From positions 42,305 to 106,304 of the forward strand of contig JABJHO010000014.1 in assembly GCA_018661775.1 (NCBI GenBank): a DNA stretch of 64,000 bases, written 5' to 3'. The position numbers and the translations under genes are program-made. This stretch comes from Candidatus Magasanikiibacteriota bacterium (GTDB lineage Bacteria > Patescibacteriota > Patescibacteriia > Magasanikbacterales > UBA922). The stretch's first letter is position 1, and each line of letters begins with the position of its first letter. Below are positions 1 to 9,399 of the stretch, one piece after another. The notes under the pieces were generated by a model. It was not told the DNA's origin, ran no database searches, and saw nothing but the letters and a program-made list of their open reading frames with translations.

Positions 1-1
1 C

Positions 2-64
2 GTTTATAGGGGCCCTGTTACTCACATTGGTGAGTGGATTTACTACGATGTTGCTAGAACGTAA
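2..64 (+). CDS. 3' end of an unidentified CDS running off the left edge
   Basis: Open frame from position 2 ending at TAA 62-64 (..VTHIGEWIYYDVART*). Too short to identify. Confidence 0.25.
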   Translation, partial: VYRGPVTHIGEWIYYDVART

Positions 65-73
65 AGGTCAGAT

Positions 74-763
74 ATGAGAAAAAATATGAAAATTTTGTCT
101 GTTGGTGGGTCAATTATTATTCCAAAAACTGGGTTTAACATTCCTTTTTTAAAGAAGTTTAAAACACTTATTTTGCGTCAGATAAAAAAAGGGGATCGAT
201 TTATTCTCGTTATTGGTGGAGGGGCAACCTGTAGAAAGTATCAAGATGCTGCAAGACAGGTCTCATCTCTTAATGATGAGGATTTGGACTGGATTGGTAT
301 TCACACGACAATATTCAATGCACAGTTTGTGCGGTATATGTTTAAAGATGTTGCCTATAAACATATTATTACTCATCCAAACAAAAAAGTGCAAACCACA
401 AAGCCGGTTATTATTGCGGCCGGTTGGAAGCCTGGATTTTCGACAGATAGGGATGCAGTATTGCTTGCAAAAACGTATGGGGCGAAAGAGTTGTATAATT
501 TGTCCAATATTTCGTATGTGTACGACAAAGATCCAAATATTTACCCAGAGGCAAAAAAACTGAGATATATAGACTGGCAAACACTACGAGATGACATTGT
601 GGGACATACCTGGGAACCAGGAAAAAGCGCACCTTTTGACCCAATTGCCAGTAAAGATGCACAAAAGTTTGGTATGAAAGTGGGTATTCTGGATGGCACA
701 AAGTTGGGGGAAGTTAAAAAAGCAATAGACGGAAAACCCTTTAATGGAACTATAGTAGAGTAA
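74..763 (+). CDS. pyrH: UMP kinase, archaeal-type (amino acid kinase family)
   Basis: 229 aa. Blocks ILSVGGSII, VIGGGATCRKY and DWIGIHTTIFNA resemble archaeal-type uridylate kinases. Confidence 0.7.
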   Translation: MRKNMKILSVGGSIIIPKTGFNIPFLKKFKTLILRQIKKGDRFILVIGGGATCRKYQDAARQVSSLNDEDLDWIGIHTTIFNAQFVRYMFKDVAYKHIITHPNKKVQTTKPVIIAAGWKPGFSTDRDAVLLAKTYGAKELYNLSNISYVYDKDPNIYPEAKKLRYIDWQTLRDDIVGHTWEPGKSAPFDPIASKDAQKFGMKVGILDGTKLGEVKKAIDGKPFNGTIVE

Positions 764-774
764 CTATACAGTAT

Positions 775-802
775 AGAAAAAAGTAACATGTCGCTACTTT
801 TT
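775..802. terminator. Possible bidirectional hairpin between convergent pyrH and tsaE
   Basis: aaaaaagtaac-atgtc-gctacttttt: imperfect 6-bp stem flanked by an A-run and a T-run. Confidence 0.35.
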
Positions 803-1247
803 AGTTTTGGGTTATAGAAACTATTCTTTTGTTGTCTTTTGTGTGTTCTATAGAAATCTCTTTATAGGGTGTATCTTTTATGAGTGGATAGATTTTTTCT
901 GGCCATTCCACAAGAGAGAGTGTTTTTTTGTCAAAAAGAAATTCTTCGATCCCTATATTTCTCAAGGTCTGAACATCTTCTGCACGGTAGGTATCTATGT
1001 GGACTAACTGAGAAATACCTTTTTGTGTAGTATTCACAGGATATACCTGCATGTATGTGAATGTTGGGCTTGTGATAACATCTTGTACACCAAGCCCTTT
1101 TGCTATACCTTTTGCGAGGGTTGTTTTTCCTGCACCAAGATCACCTTTAAGAAGAATAATGTCGCCCCCCATGCATTGTGAAGCTAAAGATTCACCAAAA
1201 TGAAGCATGGCGATCTCTGTGGCTATACTATGTTTTTCAGATTTCAT
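801..1247 (-). CDS. tsaE: tRNA t6A37 biosynthesis ATPase TsaE
   Basis: 148 aa. P-loop GDLGAGKTTLAKGIAKGLG followed by SPTFT, typical of TsaE/YjeE. Confidence 0.85.
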   Translation of the reverse strand: MKSEKHSIATEIAMLHFGESLASQCMGGDIILLKGDLGAGKTTLAKGIAKGLGVQDVITSPTFTYMQVYPVNTTQKGISQLVHIDTYRAEDVQTLRNIGIEEFLFDKKTLSLVEWPEKIYPLIKDTPYKEISIEHTKDNKRIVSITQN

Positions 1248-1256
1248 GAGAATATA

Positions 1257-2513
1257 TTATACGTTTTTTGTTTGGTCAGTATACAGAGGGAAATTTTTTG
1301 TAAGAGCCATAACGTCTTCCTTTATTTCTTTGAGCGTAGCTTCTTCTGTGTGATGAGTAATGGCTCGGTCAATAAGATCTGCAATAATGCCCATTTCTTT
1401 TTCTTTCATACCACGTGTTGTAAGTGCAGGGGTGCCAAGTCGTATACCAGATGGGTTAAATGGAGACCTGGTATCGTCTGGAATCATATTTTTGTTTACG
1501 GTAATACTGGCTTTGTCGAGTGCTTCTTCTGCATCTTTTCCTGTGAGACTTTTTGATGTTACGTCAATAAGGAGTAGGTGATTGTCGGTTCCACCAAAAC
1601 ATAAGTCATACTTCTTGGCTTGAAATGCTTCTTCTAGTATTTTTGTGTTTGCCTTAATCTGTTTGGCATATTGCTTAAACTCTGGCTCAAGTGCTTCTTT
1701 AAATGCGACTGCTTTGGCTGCAATATTATTTTCGTGCGGACCACCTTGTAGTCCAGGAAACACGGCCCTATCTATCTGTTTTGCAAATTCTTTTTTACAC
1801 ATGATCATGCCACCACGTGGCCCACGTAGTGTTTTGTGTGTGGTGGTGGTTACAATATCAAAAATTGGCACAGGATTGTTCATTTCTCCACCAGCAATAA
1901 GCCCGGCAATGTGTGCAATATCGGCCATAGTCATTGCACCAACTTCATTGGCAATATCTTGTATTTTGCTATATGCAATTTCTCTTGAATAGGCTGAATA
2001 GCCAACTAAAATAAGTTTCGGCTTGTGTTCGTGGGCCATTTTTCTGAGATTTTCTAGGTCTATTTGTCCGTTGGCATCAGTTTTGTATCGTTCAAAGTGA
2101 AATACCTGTGTCATGTGCGTTACCGGGTGACCATGTGTGAGATGGCCCCCATGAGACAAGTCCATACCCAGAACCGTGTCACCTGGTTTGAGTACCGCAA
2201 AATACGCAGCAATATTGGCAGGTGCACCAGACAGTGGTTGAACATTGACATGCTCTGCACCAAAAAGTTGTTTTGCACGATCTATTGCAAGTTGCTCAAT
2301 GGTATCCACATGTTCACATCCACCGTAATATCGCTTGCCTGGATACCCTTCGGCATATTTGTTTGTTAATACTGAGCCCAGCGCTTCAAGAACGGCTGGT
2401 GAGACAAAATTTTCTGAAGGAATCATTTCCAACCCAGTTTCTTGTCGGTTGAGTTCTTTGTGTATCGCTGTGTGTGTATCAATATCAAACTGTGCTAGTG
2501 ATATGTTATTCAT
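1257..2513 (-). CDS. glyA: Serine hydroxymethyltransferase
   Basis: 418 aa. Motifs LSHGGHLTHG and the PLP-lysine block TTTTHKTLRGPRGG. Confidence 0.97.
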   Translation of the reverse strand: MNNISLAQFDIDTHTAIHKELNRQETGLEMIPSENFVSPAVLEALGSVLTNKYAEGYPGKRYYGGCEHVDTIEQLAIDRAKQLFGAEHVNVQPLSGAPANIAAYFAVLKPGDTVLGMDLSHGGHLTHGHPVTHMTQVFHFERYKTDANGQIDLENLRKMAHEHKPKLILVGYSAYSREIAYSKIQDIANEVGAMTMADIAHIAGLIAGGEMNNPVPIFDIVTTTTHKTLRGPRGGMIMCKKEFAKQIDRAVFPGLQGGPHENNIAAKAVAFKEALEPEFKQYAKQIKANTKILEEAFQAKKYDLCFGGTDNHLLLIDVTSKSLTGKDAEEALDKASITVNKNMIPDDTRSPFNPSGIRLGTPALTTRGMKEKEMGIIADLIDRAITHHTEEATLKEIKEDVMALTKNFPLYTDQTKNV

Positions 2514-2548
2514 ATGCGTGTGGGTTAATACTGGGTAGATGTATGGTA

Positions 2549-4252
2549 TTATAACTTTTTTATCATATATGTGCCAACTTTTCTGTAACCAAGTTTTCTA
2601 TAATACCCACGAACACCAACACCCGAGATTACCGCACTTTTTTGTATTCCTGCGTTTTGTATTATTTCTTCGGCCACTTTCATGAGTTTTTTACCAAACC
2701 CTTTGTGTTGCGATGCCTGTTGTCTTTTTTCTCCAATTTTTACGAGCTGACCGTACACATGAAGTTCACGAATAAATGCACAGTGTGAAATTTCTGGGAT
2801 GATTTGTACAACATCTTTACAATGCGCTTTACTAAGCCATACATGTTGTTCTTTTTCCTTTTTGCCGATGTTGTGCGGGATACGGAGTCGTAGGAATCCA
2901 TACACAGCTATACGTTTTGGATCCTCAAGCGTAATAAAGTATTCTGTGCCACCTACTGTTGAGTATGTGTCTACAAAGAGCTGTGGTATCGTGTTTTTTG
3001 GTATATTGTCTTGCTGTCTTGAAATCTCTCTGCACCGCAAGCAGACACATCGCGCATTAGTGTTGTGTAGCTCTTTTGTGAGAGATTCTCGTAGGTTGGT
3101 TATACTGTTTCCGTCTCTAATTTCGTTAGATGGGATATCACGAATAAGTCGAGAAATTCTACAGTATCGTGGTGTAGCTTTTTTCATTGCAAGTAGTGCT
3201 GCAAACAATGCTTTTTCTCCGTATGATTTGTATCTTCCTTCCTTAAACCATGCATAGAGTTCAGCGCTTTCAATGACGGTGTTTGGATAAATCTTTACCA
3301 TGTCTGGGCAAAGTGCTGGATCAGAAAATAGTGATTTGTACATGGTTACATCGTGTTCTGGCGTGGTTCCTGGTAGGTCTGGCATAAAATGGAGATCAAC
3401 TTTGAACCCTGCACAGCGAAGCATATACATTGCTTTCCTGAATTCATCCACAGAGTGCCCACGCTTAATCAGTGATAAAATTGCATCATCTGGCGCCTGA
3501 AGACCAAGCTCTATTCTTGTGCATCCCTGTTTTCGCATGTGGTAGAGTGTTTTTGGTGTGATACAGTCTGGTCTTGTTTCAAGTGTAATTCCTATTATCC
3601 TATGTTTTGCATACTCATTGTACCGTTGTTCTTTTTCTATGCGTTGTGTCAACTCCTCAAGTGGCCGCTTTTCCCAGTACAACTCTTTTGTGGGGGGTAT
3701 TTCTTTTCTTCGTGTGAGGTTGTTGCATGCATTAAAAGACTCCATAATATACCAGTATTGGTATTTTAAGGTATAGGCATTCCATGTACCACCTTTTGTG
3801 ATGTATTCAATTTTATCTACCGGATGCCCATTCTTCTCAAGCATTTCAATCCTTTTTTGCATTAGAAGGTATGGGTTGAAATCGAGCTTGAGTGAGCGAG
3901 CTGCAGCAGGTTCTGAAGCAATATAGCTTTTTGGCATGCGTACTTCTGTTGGGCAGTAGACACACTTGCCTGGGCAAGCATATGGTTTTACTAGTGAAGT
4001 GATTACGGCAATCCCTGATGTACTTCGTATACCAGCTTTCATACATAATTGCTCTAATGCTCTATTTTGTACTACTTTCTTGTCTTTTACCAATTTCTTG
4101 TAGACACCAAGTATGGCCCTGTTTGAGGGTTGTGATATGTGAAGTGCACTACACTCCTTTCTTCGTATATCATCAAACTCACCTTTTGTTTTGGGCTTTT
4201 TTTGAATAATGGCATGTATGATCTGTGTAATGTGTTGTGTTGTTTCAGACAT
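2549..4252 (-). CDS. elp3: Elp3-like radical SAM / GNAT tRNA uridine(34) modification enzyme
   Basis: 567 aa. Radical-SAM CPGKCVYCP, GGTWNAY, and C-terminal GNAT block IRELHVYG..QHKGFGKKLM..GVRGYYRKLGY. Confidence 0.85.
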   Translation of the reverse strand: MSETTQHITQIIHAIIQKKPKTKGEFDDIRRKECSALHISQPSNRAILGVYKKLVKDKKVVQNRALEQLCMKAGIRSTSGIAVITSLVKPYACPGKCVYCPTEVRMPKSYIASEPAAARSLKLDFNPYLLMQKRIEMLEKNGHPVDKIEYITKGGTWNAYTLKYQYWYIMESFNACNNLTRRKEIPPTKELYWEKRPLEELTQRIEKEQRYNEYAKHRIIGITLETRPDCITPKTLYHMRKQGCTRIELGLQAPDDAILSLIKRGHSVDEFRKAMYMLRCAGFKVDLHFMPDLPGTTPEHDVTMYKSLFSDPALCPDMVKIYPNTVIESAELYAWFKEGRYKSYGEKALFAALLAMKKATPRYCRISRLIRDIPSNEIRDGNSITNLRESLTKELHNTNARCVCLRCREISRQQDNIPKNTIPQLFVDTYSTVGGTEYFITLEDPKRIAVYGFLRLRIPHNIGKKEKEQHVWLSKAHCKDVVQIIPEISHCAFIRELHVYGQLVKIGEKRQQASQHKGFGKKLMKVAEEIIQNAGIQKSAVISGVGVRGYYRKLGYRKVGTYMIKKL

Positions 4253-4310
4253 AGTACTTGTAATATAATCATGAATGTGCTATCTTAGTCAAGTCAAAAA
4301 GGATTATTTT

Positions 4311-5006
4311 ATGAATGAATATAGGGCAAAACAAATATTAGAGCAAAACCATGCGGTATATAACACCATCGCAGCGGATTTTTCACGAACCCGTGGATTT
4401 TTGTGGGCCGACCTACATCCGCTCAAGGAGTATGCAAAAGATGTGCACACCGTTGTTGATATTGGGTGTGGCAATGGTCGACTATATCAGCTTTTTTCTC
4501 ACATGGATGTGAATTATATCGGTATTGATTTTAGTGAAGAGCTTGTGGCTATTGCAAGGAATCGTTTTCCGGGGGCGCGGTTTTTTGTCTCAAACATGAT
4601 TAAAACTTCCTTACAAGACAGTATGGCCGATGTTATATACTGTATTGCAGCATTTCAGCATCTTCCAAGCAGAGAAATGCGTATCCAAGCACTTCAAGAG
4701 ATGCGCAGAGTGTTAAAGCCTGGTGGATCCATAGTTATGATGAATTGGAATCTTTTTAGTGACTGGGCACGAGAAAAATATGAAAGCGACGGGAGTGGAG
4801 ATTTTTTTGTACCTTGGAAAAATGAGGAAAAAGAGGTTTTGGGGTTGCGATACTACCATGGTTTTTTACTCGAAGAGCTTCATGAATTAGTACAGTCTGT
4901 TGGGCTAAATATAGTTAAACAACATTACTGTAAAAAAGGTGAAGTAAGTAGTCTGGGGCCTGGTGAAAATATACTTACCGTTATGCGAGCTGCCGAAGAT
5001 GTGTAG
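4311..5006 (+). CDS. Trm9/ALKBH8-like class I SAM-dependent methyltransferase
   Basis: ORF-track start is 4275. ATG 4311 is preferred because aaggA lies 7 nt upstream. Blocks VYNTIAADFSRTRGFLW, VVDIGCGNG, FFVPW and LRYYHGFLLEEL. Confidence 0.7.
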   Translation: MNEYRAKQILEQNHAVYNTIAADFSRTRGFLWADLHPLKEYAKDVHTVVDIGCGNGRLYQLFSHMDVNYIGIDFSEELVAIARNRFPGARFFVSNMIKTSLQDSMADVIYCIAAFQHLPSREMRIQALQEMRRVLKPGGSIVMMNWNLFSDWAREKYESDGSGDFFVPWKNEEKEVLGLRYYHGFLLEELHELVQSVGLNIVKQHYCKKGEVSSLGPGENILTVMRAAEDV

Positions 5007-5008
5007 CA

Positions 5009-5893
5009 TTATTTTCCTGAAATAATACAGGTGGTTGGAGTGGTAATACTCCAACCACTTTTTTTTGCTTTTATGAGCCCTGCAACACTTAATGCTTCAT
5101 TTGGTGTCACGGACTCTTGCAATTCATCTTCTAGTATTTTCTGTGCAGCCGCTATGTCTTCGTCGCTCACTATCCAGCCACTTCCCTTTGTTGTGTTCAC
5201 TATTTCTGTCACATTACTTTTTCTGTGTGCAATACGATCTCCGATGCACGTTGCAAGAGATTCTTTGGTTGGGGTAAAGTCATGGTCAAAATGTTTTGCG
5301 ATTGGGTAACATGCTGTGGTTTGTACAACATGTACTTGGGTCGGTAAGGAGTTGTGTGTAATGTATTCTCCGATACCTTGTGCGGTGGTACCAGAAGATG
5401 TGGCGATAAATATGGCACCCATATCGTTGTGTTGAGTAATCTCTCTTGCTAAGGGGTAGTATGATCGCGGCGCTAATCCATCGGTTGATTGTCGGAGATA
5501 TGCTACCCCAGCCTCTTTTCCGGCCATAAAAGCATTTTGTTTTGGCTGATCCACCTGTGTAATTGTAATATTTCTGTCGGTGGCAAGATGTGTGAGTGTG
5601 TCTTTTTTTTGCTGAGGTATTCTTTTACCAATATACACACCAAGCGAAAGCAGGTTATTTGGATGTTTGGTATTATGTTCTTTAATTGCTAAAATAGCTG
5701 CAATAGCAGCATTTCCGGTTGATGATATGGCAAACTTTTTCGTATCGTTTTGTGTATATTCCCGGTGTATCATTTCTGGAATGACCCGTCCTTTGTGTGA
5801 TTGGTATGGGCTAAGATCCTCTCTTTTAAGAAAAAGAGACGGGATGTTGAGTTGTTTTGCTAATTCTGGATGTGAAGATTGTGGAGTATTCAT
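5009..5893 (-). CDS. PLP-dependent enzyme, fold type II (TrpB/CysK/ThrC-like)
   Basis: 294 aa. LFLKREDLSPYQSHKGR (PLP-lysine context) and ISSTGNAAIAAI. Substrate not assignable. Confidence 0.55.
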   Translation of the reverse strand: MNTPQSSHPELAKQLNIPSLFLKREDLSPYQSHKGRVIPEMIHREYTQNDTKKFAISSTGNAAIAAILAIKEHNTKHPNNLLSLGVYIGKRIPQQKKDTLTHLATDRNITITQVDQPKQNAFMAGKEAGVAYLRQSTDGLAPRSYYPLAREITQHNDMGAIFIATSSGTTAQGIGEYITHNSLPTQVHVVQTTACYPIAKHFDHDFTPTKESLATCIGDRIAHRKSNVTEIVNTTKGSGWIVSDEDIAAAQKILEDELQESVTPNEALSVAGLIKAKKSGWSITTPTTCIISGK

Positions 5894-5976
5894 AAAAGTG
5901 GTAACTAGGGTTGGTGTTGAAGATAGGACGGCGTTGTGGTATAGTGTATTATGCTTACTTATTAGTGTATGTGTAT

Positions 5977-6141
5977 ATGAATCTTACCTGTATTGAGTGT
6001 AAAAATCAAGTTGATCTATCATCGTATTCTGACCTTGCTATGGACAGTGTGGTTGAGTGTCAGACGTGTGGCATAACATTGCTTGTGACGAGTATCGACG
6101 ATAACACCGTGTCTGTTGAAATAATGGACGAGGGAAAATAG
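5977..6141 (+). CDS. LysW-like zinc-ribbon protein (possible amino-group carrier)
   Basis: 54 aa from the internal ATG. Two CxxC knuckles (CIECKN..ECQTCG), ITLLV and an acidic tail EIMDEGK. Confidence 0.45.
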   Translation: MNLTCIECKNQVDLSSYSDLAMDSVVECQTCGITLLVTSIDDNTVSVEIMDEGK

Positions 6142-6142
6142 A

Positions 6143-7537
6143 TTAGGTTATTGCTTTGCACACCATTTCTATCATACCCCGAAAACCGTGAGACCCAAGG
6201 AAGACTATTACGTCTTCTTTTTTGGTATGTTCAATAAGGTGTGTCACAAGTTCATTATCGTCTTCTATGTATTTTGTGTTTGGGTGTGTGGTCTCAATCA
6301 TGTCGGATAATGCTTTCCCATCCATGATTTCTGGTGTATTTGGCCCTTGTTTAACCGCGCTTAACCGAGGAATAATAACACTGTCTGCATGTGCAAATGC
6401 ATGAGCGTATTGCGGAACTGCTTCTTTATTTCGGTTTCCGGTGTTTGGTTCGTAAATGGCAATAATCTTGCCTGTATATATAGACCGCAATGTAGCAAGT
6501 GTTGCAGCTGCTTTTTCTGGAGAATGCGCAATATCATCAAACACGGTTATATTGTTTTCACACCGTTTTTCTAGTCGTCGTCTCATGCCCAAAAAAGTGC
6601 GTATGGATTGTGTGATGTTTTGTGGTTGTATACCAAGTTCACTAGCCATAGCAAATGCACCGCAAATATTTTCTACCATATATGTTCCAAGTAGTGGTGA
6701 GGTGATACTGTACGTAGAACTGTTATGGATTATGTCAAAATGAAGGCCATTTTTTGTACTAGTTATGTTGGTGTAGGAATACTCATTTTCTCCATCTTTT
6801 CCATAAAATACTACACGAGATTGAGATTGTTTTGCATATTCTTTTACATTTTTTCCATCTTTGCATGCAACAATAAGGCCATTTTTTGGCACAAGAGAAA
6901 CGAGGTGCTCAAATTGCTTCATGTATAATGCTTCTGTTGGGTACAGGTCTGCGTGGTCCCAAGAAATTGAAGTAAGCAGTAAATGAGTGGGGGAGTACAA
7001 CATAAACTTTGGTCGAGCATCCCATCGAGCTGTTTTATATTCATCTCCTTCAAGAACCGAATATGTACCATCAGTTATTGCTGCTGACGGGAAATTATGT
7101 GTAGCAAGTCCACCAAACATGTAGCTTGGCATATACTCATTTTCTTTGAGTATCCAAGACACTAAGGCAGATGTAGTTGTTTTTCCAAAGTTTCCGGCAC
7201 ACACAATAGAATGTTCTTTAACGAGAAATTCTGCGACAAATTCTGGATACGATTTGTATGCAATGTTGTTTTCTTGTACGTAGAGAAATTCCGGATTGGT
7301 GGAAGACGCGACATTTCCCACAATTACCAGATCAGGATTACCATGTTTGGTCATTTTTTCTACGTGCCAACCAGGGTAGTAGGTAATTCCGGCATTTTTG
7401 AGATGAGTAGAAACAGGCGGGTAAAACCCTTTGTCACTGCCAGTAACGGTATATCCTGTTTTGTGGAGCGCAATGGCTAGGGCGCTCATGGCTACGCCAC
7501 AAATACCTATAAAATGGATATGTTCGGTGTTGTTCAT
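6143..7537 (-). CDS. mpl: Mur ligase, Mpl subtype (UDP-MurNAc:tripeptide ligase-like)
   Basis: 464 aa. The N-terminus HFIGICGVAMSALAIAL..TGSDKGFYPPVSTHL matches the Mpl YPPMST signature. GNFGKTTT P-loop. Confidence 0.7.
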   Translation of the reverse strand: MNNTEHIHFIGICGVAMSALAIALHKTGYTVTGSDKGFYPPVSTHLKNAGITYYPGWHVEKMTKHGNPDLVIVGNVASSTNPEFLYVQENNIAYKSYPEFVAEFLVKEHSIVCAGNFGKTTTSALVSWILKENEYMPSYMFGGLATHNFPSAAITDGTYSVLEGDEYKTARWDARPKFMLYSPTHLLLTSISWDHADLYPTEALYMKQFEHLVSLVPKNGLIVACKDGKNVKEYAKQSQSRVVFYGKDGENEYSYTNITSTKNGLHFDIIHNSSTYSITSPLLGTYMVENICGAFAMASELGIQPQNITQSIRTFLGMRRRLEKRCENNITVFDDIAHSPEKAAATLATLRSIYTGKIIAIYEPNTGNRNKEAVPQYAHAFAHADSVIIPRLSAVKQGPNTPEIMDGKALSDMIETTHPNTKYIEDDNELVTHLIEHTKKEDVIVFLGSHGFRGMIEMVCKAIT

Positions 7538-7540
7538 AAT

Positions 7541-8203
7541 CTATAGTGTATTATCCAGTATATGCTTAAGCTCTTGCAAATCACCACTCCAATTCTTTCC
7601 GTCAAACCACTCGAGCCCGCTAAACTGTAATTTATACGTGTCACTTGGTCTTTGTGCTGAACCTAAATATATATATTTTTTTCCTGTTTCTTTTGCATAT
7701 AGTATGGCTTTGAGCATCATGCCCATACCAATGCTTTTGTTGGGAAAATCTAATGGATAAAAAGGATAGGAATAGTGAAGTATGTCAGTATTTTCATAGC
7801 AGACTGCATACCCAACTACGTCATCACTTTTTGTATACAGAAGGAGCATGGTAAAGTTTGTTTCTTCTGCGTTTGTAAGACATGATTTTACCGCATTGGC
7901 AGAAAATGTCCCTTTGCCAAACTTTTTTTCATAAAAATCTTTTGCACATTTTCCAATAGTCCAGTGGTAATCAGTATACGGAATAGGGTGGCTGGAAAGA
8001 GTAATATCTTCTGTTTTCCGTAAAATTCTTCTGTTTTCGCTTGTTAATACAAACGTATTCAAATCTATTCGTATACTTCGTGTTTGGTCCATTGCGCCTT
8101 TTCCTCGGCGGGTAAACACAAAACCATCGCTATATTTTTGGGTAATATTGTTTGAAACAGTATGTGTAAGTGTTTCTTGTTTCCAGGAAAAATAATCATT
8201 CAT
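7541..8203 (-). CDS. ATE/Bpt-like aminoacyl-tRNA--protein transferase family protein
   Basis: ORF-track start is 8233. ATG 8203 avoids overlap with the mraY stop. GFVFTRRG..RSIRIDLNTFVLTSENRRILRK and KKYIYLGSAQ..YKLQF resemble the ATE_C/Bpt core. The N-terminal Cys motif is absent. Confidence 0.5.
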   Translation of the reverse strand: MNDYFSWKQETLTHTVSNNITQKYSDGFVFTRRGKGAMDQTRSIRIDLNTFVLTSENRRILRKTEDITLSSHPIPYTDYHWTIGKCAKDFYEKKFGKGTFSANAVKSCLTNAEETNFTMLLLYTKSDDVVGYAVCYENTDILHYSYPFYPLDFPNKSIGMGMMLKAILYAKETGKKYIYLGSAQRPSDTYKLQFSGLEWFDGKNWSGDLQELKHILDNTL

Positions 8204-8207
8204 AGAA

Positions 8208-9356
8208 TTATTGTAGTGCAATCCATAGTCCAAGTAATACGACCATTGCGTGGATAATCCAAAAACGCATCACTGTTTTTTCTTCACTCCAACCGCGCAT
8301 TTCAAAATGGTGATGTAGTGGTGCCATTGCAAAAATACGTCTTCCCAATATGTATCGCCCAAAAATTTGTATAATGACACTGGCAAGTTCTACATAAAAA
8401 ATAAAACCAAGCAGCGGAAGAAGTAGCATGTGATTAATGACAATGGTGTTTATGGCAAGAAGTGACCCAAGACCAAGAGAGCCAACATCACCCATTTGGA
8501 ACCGCGCAGGCTTAATATTGAAATACGTGTACGTAAGCAACGCACCGGTTGTGGTCGCATTGAGTATGGCAATTTCTCCATATCCTTCTATCCAGCTTAA
8601 TATTGTGAGAGCAGAAAATGTAATAATGAGTGCTCCTCCTGCCAATCCATCCATACCGTCTGCCATATTTACTGCATTGGCAGTTGCCACGACAAAGAAT
8701 ATAACAAAGGGAATAATAAGCCAGCTAATGTCTATTGTTCCATCAAACGGAATGGCTATGTTTTGCCAATGCTTTCCAAGTTTTGCATAAATCCACCAGG
8801 CAGCAATGCCACCCGCAATACATTCAGTGAGTAATCTTTCGTGAACATGGAGCCCTTTTCCTGGATGTGAACCCAGCCAAAGTGACGTACGTTTAAAAAT
8901 TGACCACGGAAGGGTAATAATAAGCCAGATTCTATACCATATATTTTTGTGTACCTTAATGAGTGTAAAAATCTGCTTCAATTTTCTGTTTCGTCGTTTT
9001 TTCTCATTAAAAATATTGAGCCAGTCATCTACGCCACCAAGGATTGCCGAAAGAATCATAACCCCAACAGGTACCCAGGTAAAACTTCTCTCCCAGTTAA
9101 AGAGTATGGTAATAACCGCAACAGTTATAATGACGAGCAGTCCACCCATAATTGGTACGCCAGCTTTACTTTTTCGTGCGCCCATGGCAAGTGATGCGTC
9201 ATAATCTGGGTTTCTTACAATATTATGTTTATACAAAAAAGCAATCAGGAGTGGAGCCCAAATAAAAGATGCTATTGTGGCAAGTGCGCCAAAACCTATG
9301 GCGGTCTGTAATATGTGTATTGTGTCTGTAGGTATTATCATAATACTGTTCATCAT
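8208..9356 (-). CDS. mraY: Phospho-N-acetylmuramoyl-pentapeptide transferase
   Basis: 382 aa polytopic membrane protein. Motifs GGVDDW, NAVNMADGMDGLAGG and APLHHHFE. Confidence 0.9.
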   Translation of the reverse strand: MMNSIMIIPTDTIHILQTAIGFGALATIASFIWAPLLIAFLYKHNIVRNPDYDASLAMGARKSKAGVPIMGGLLVIITVAVITILFNWERSFTWVPVGVMILSAILGGVDDWLNIFNEKKRRNRKLKQIFTLIKVHKNIWYRIWLIITLPWSIFKRTSLWLGSHPGKGLHVHERLLTECIAGGIAAWWIYAKLGKHWQNIAIPFDGTIDISWLIIPFVIFFVVATANAVNMADGMDGLAGGALIITFSALTILSWIEGYGEIAILNATTTGALLTYTYFNIKPARFQMGDVGSLGLGSLLAINTIVINHMLLLPLLGFIFYVELASVIIQIFGRYILGRRIFAMAPLHHHFEMRGWSEEKTVMRFWIIHAMVVLLGLWIALQ

Positions 9357-9399
9357 AGCATAGAATACATACTATTTCAAGCTATGGGCTAAATATTTT

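Noticed and set aside
5977-6141. The 54-aa zinc ribbon as the missing Trm112 partner of the Trm9-like methyltransferase.
   Set aside because: It lacks the Trm112/YcaR pattern I remember (..CP.C...L......L.C.....YPI.dGIP.L). Its knuckle spacing and acidic tail look LysW-like instead.
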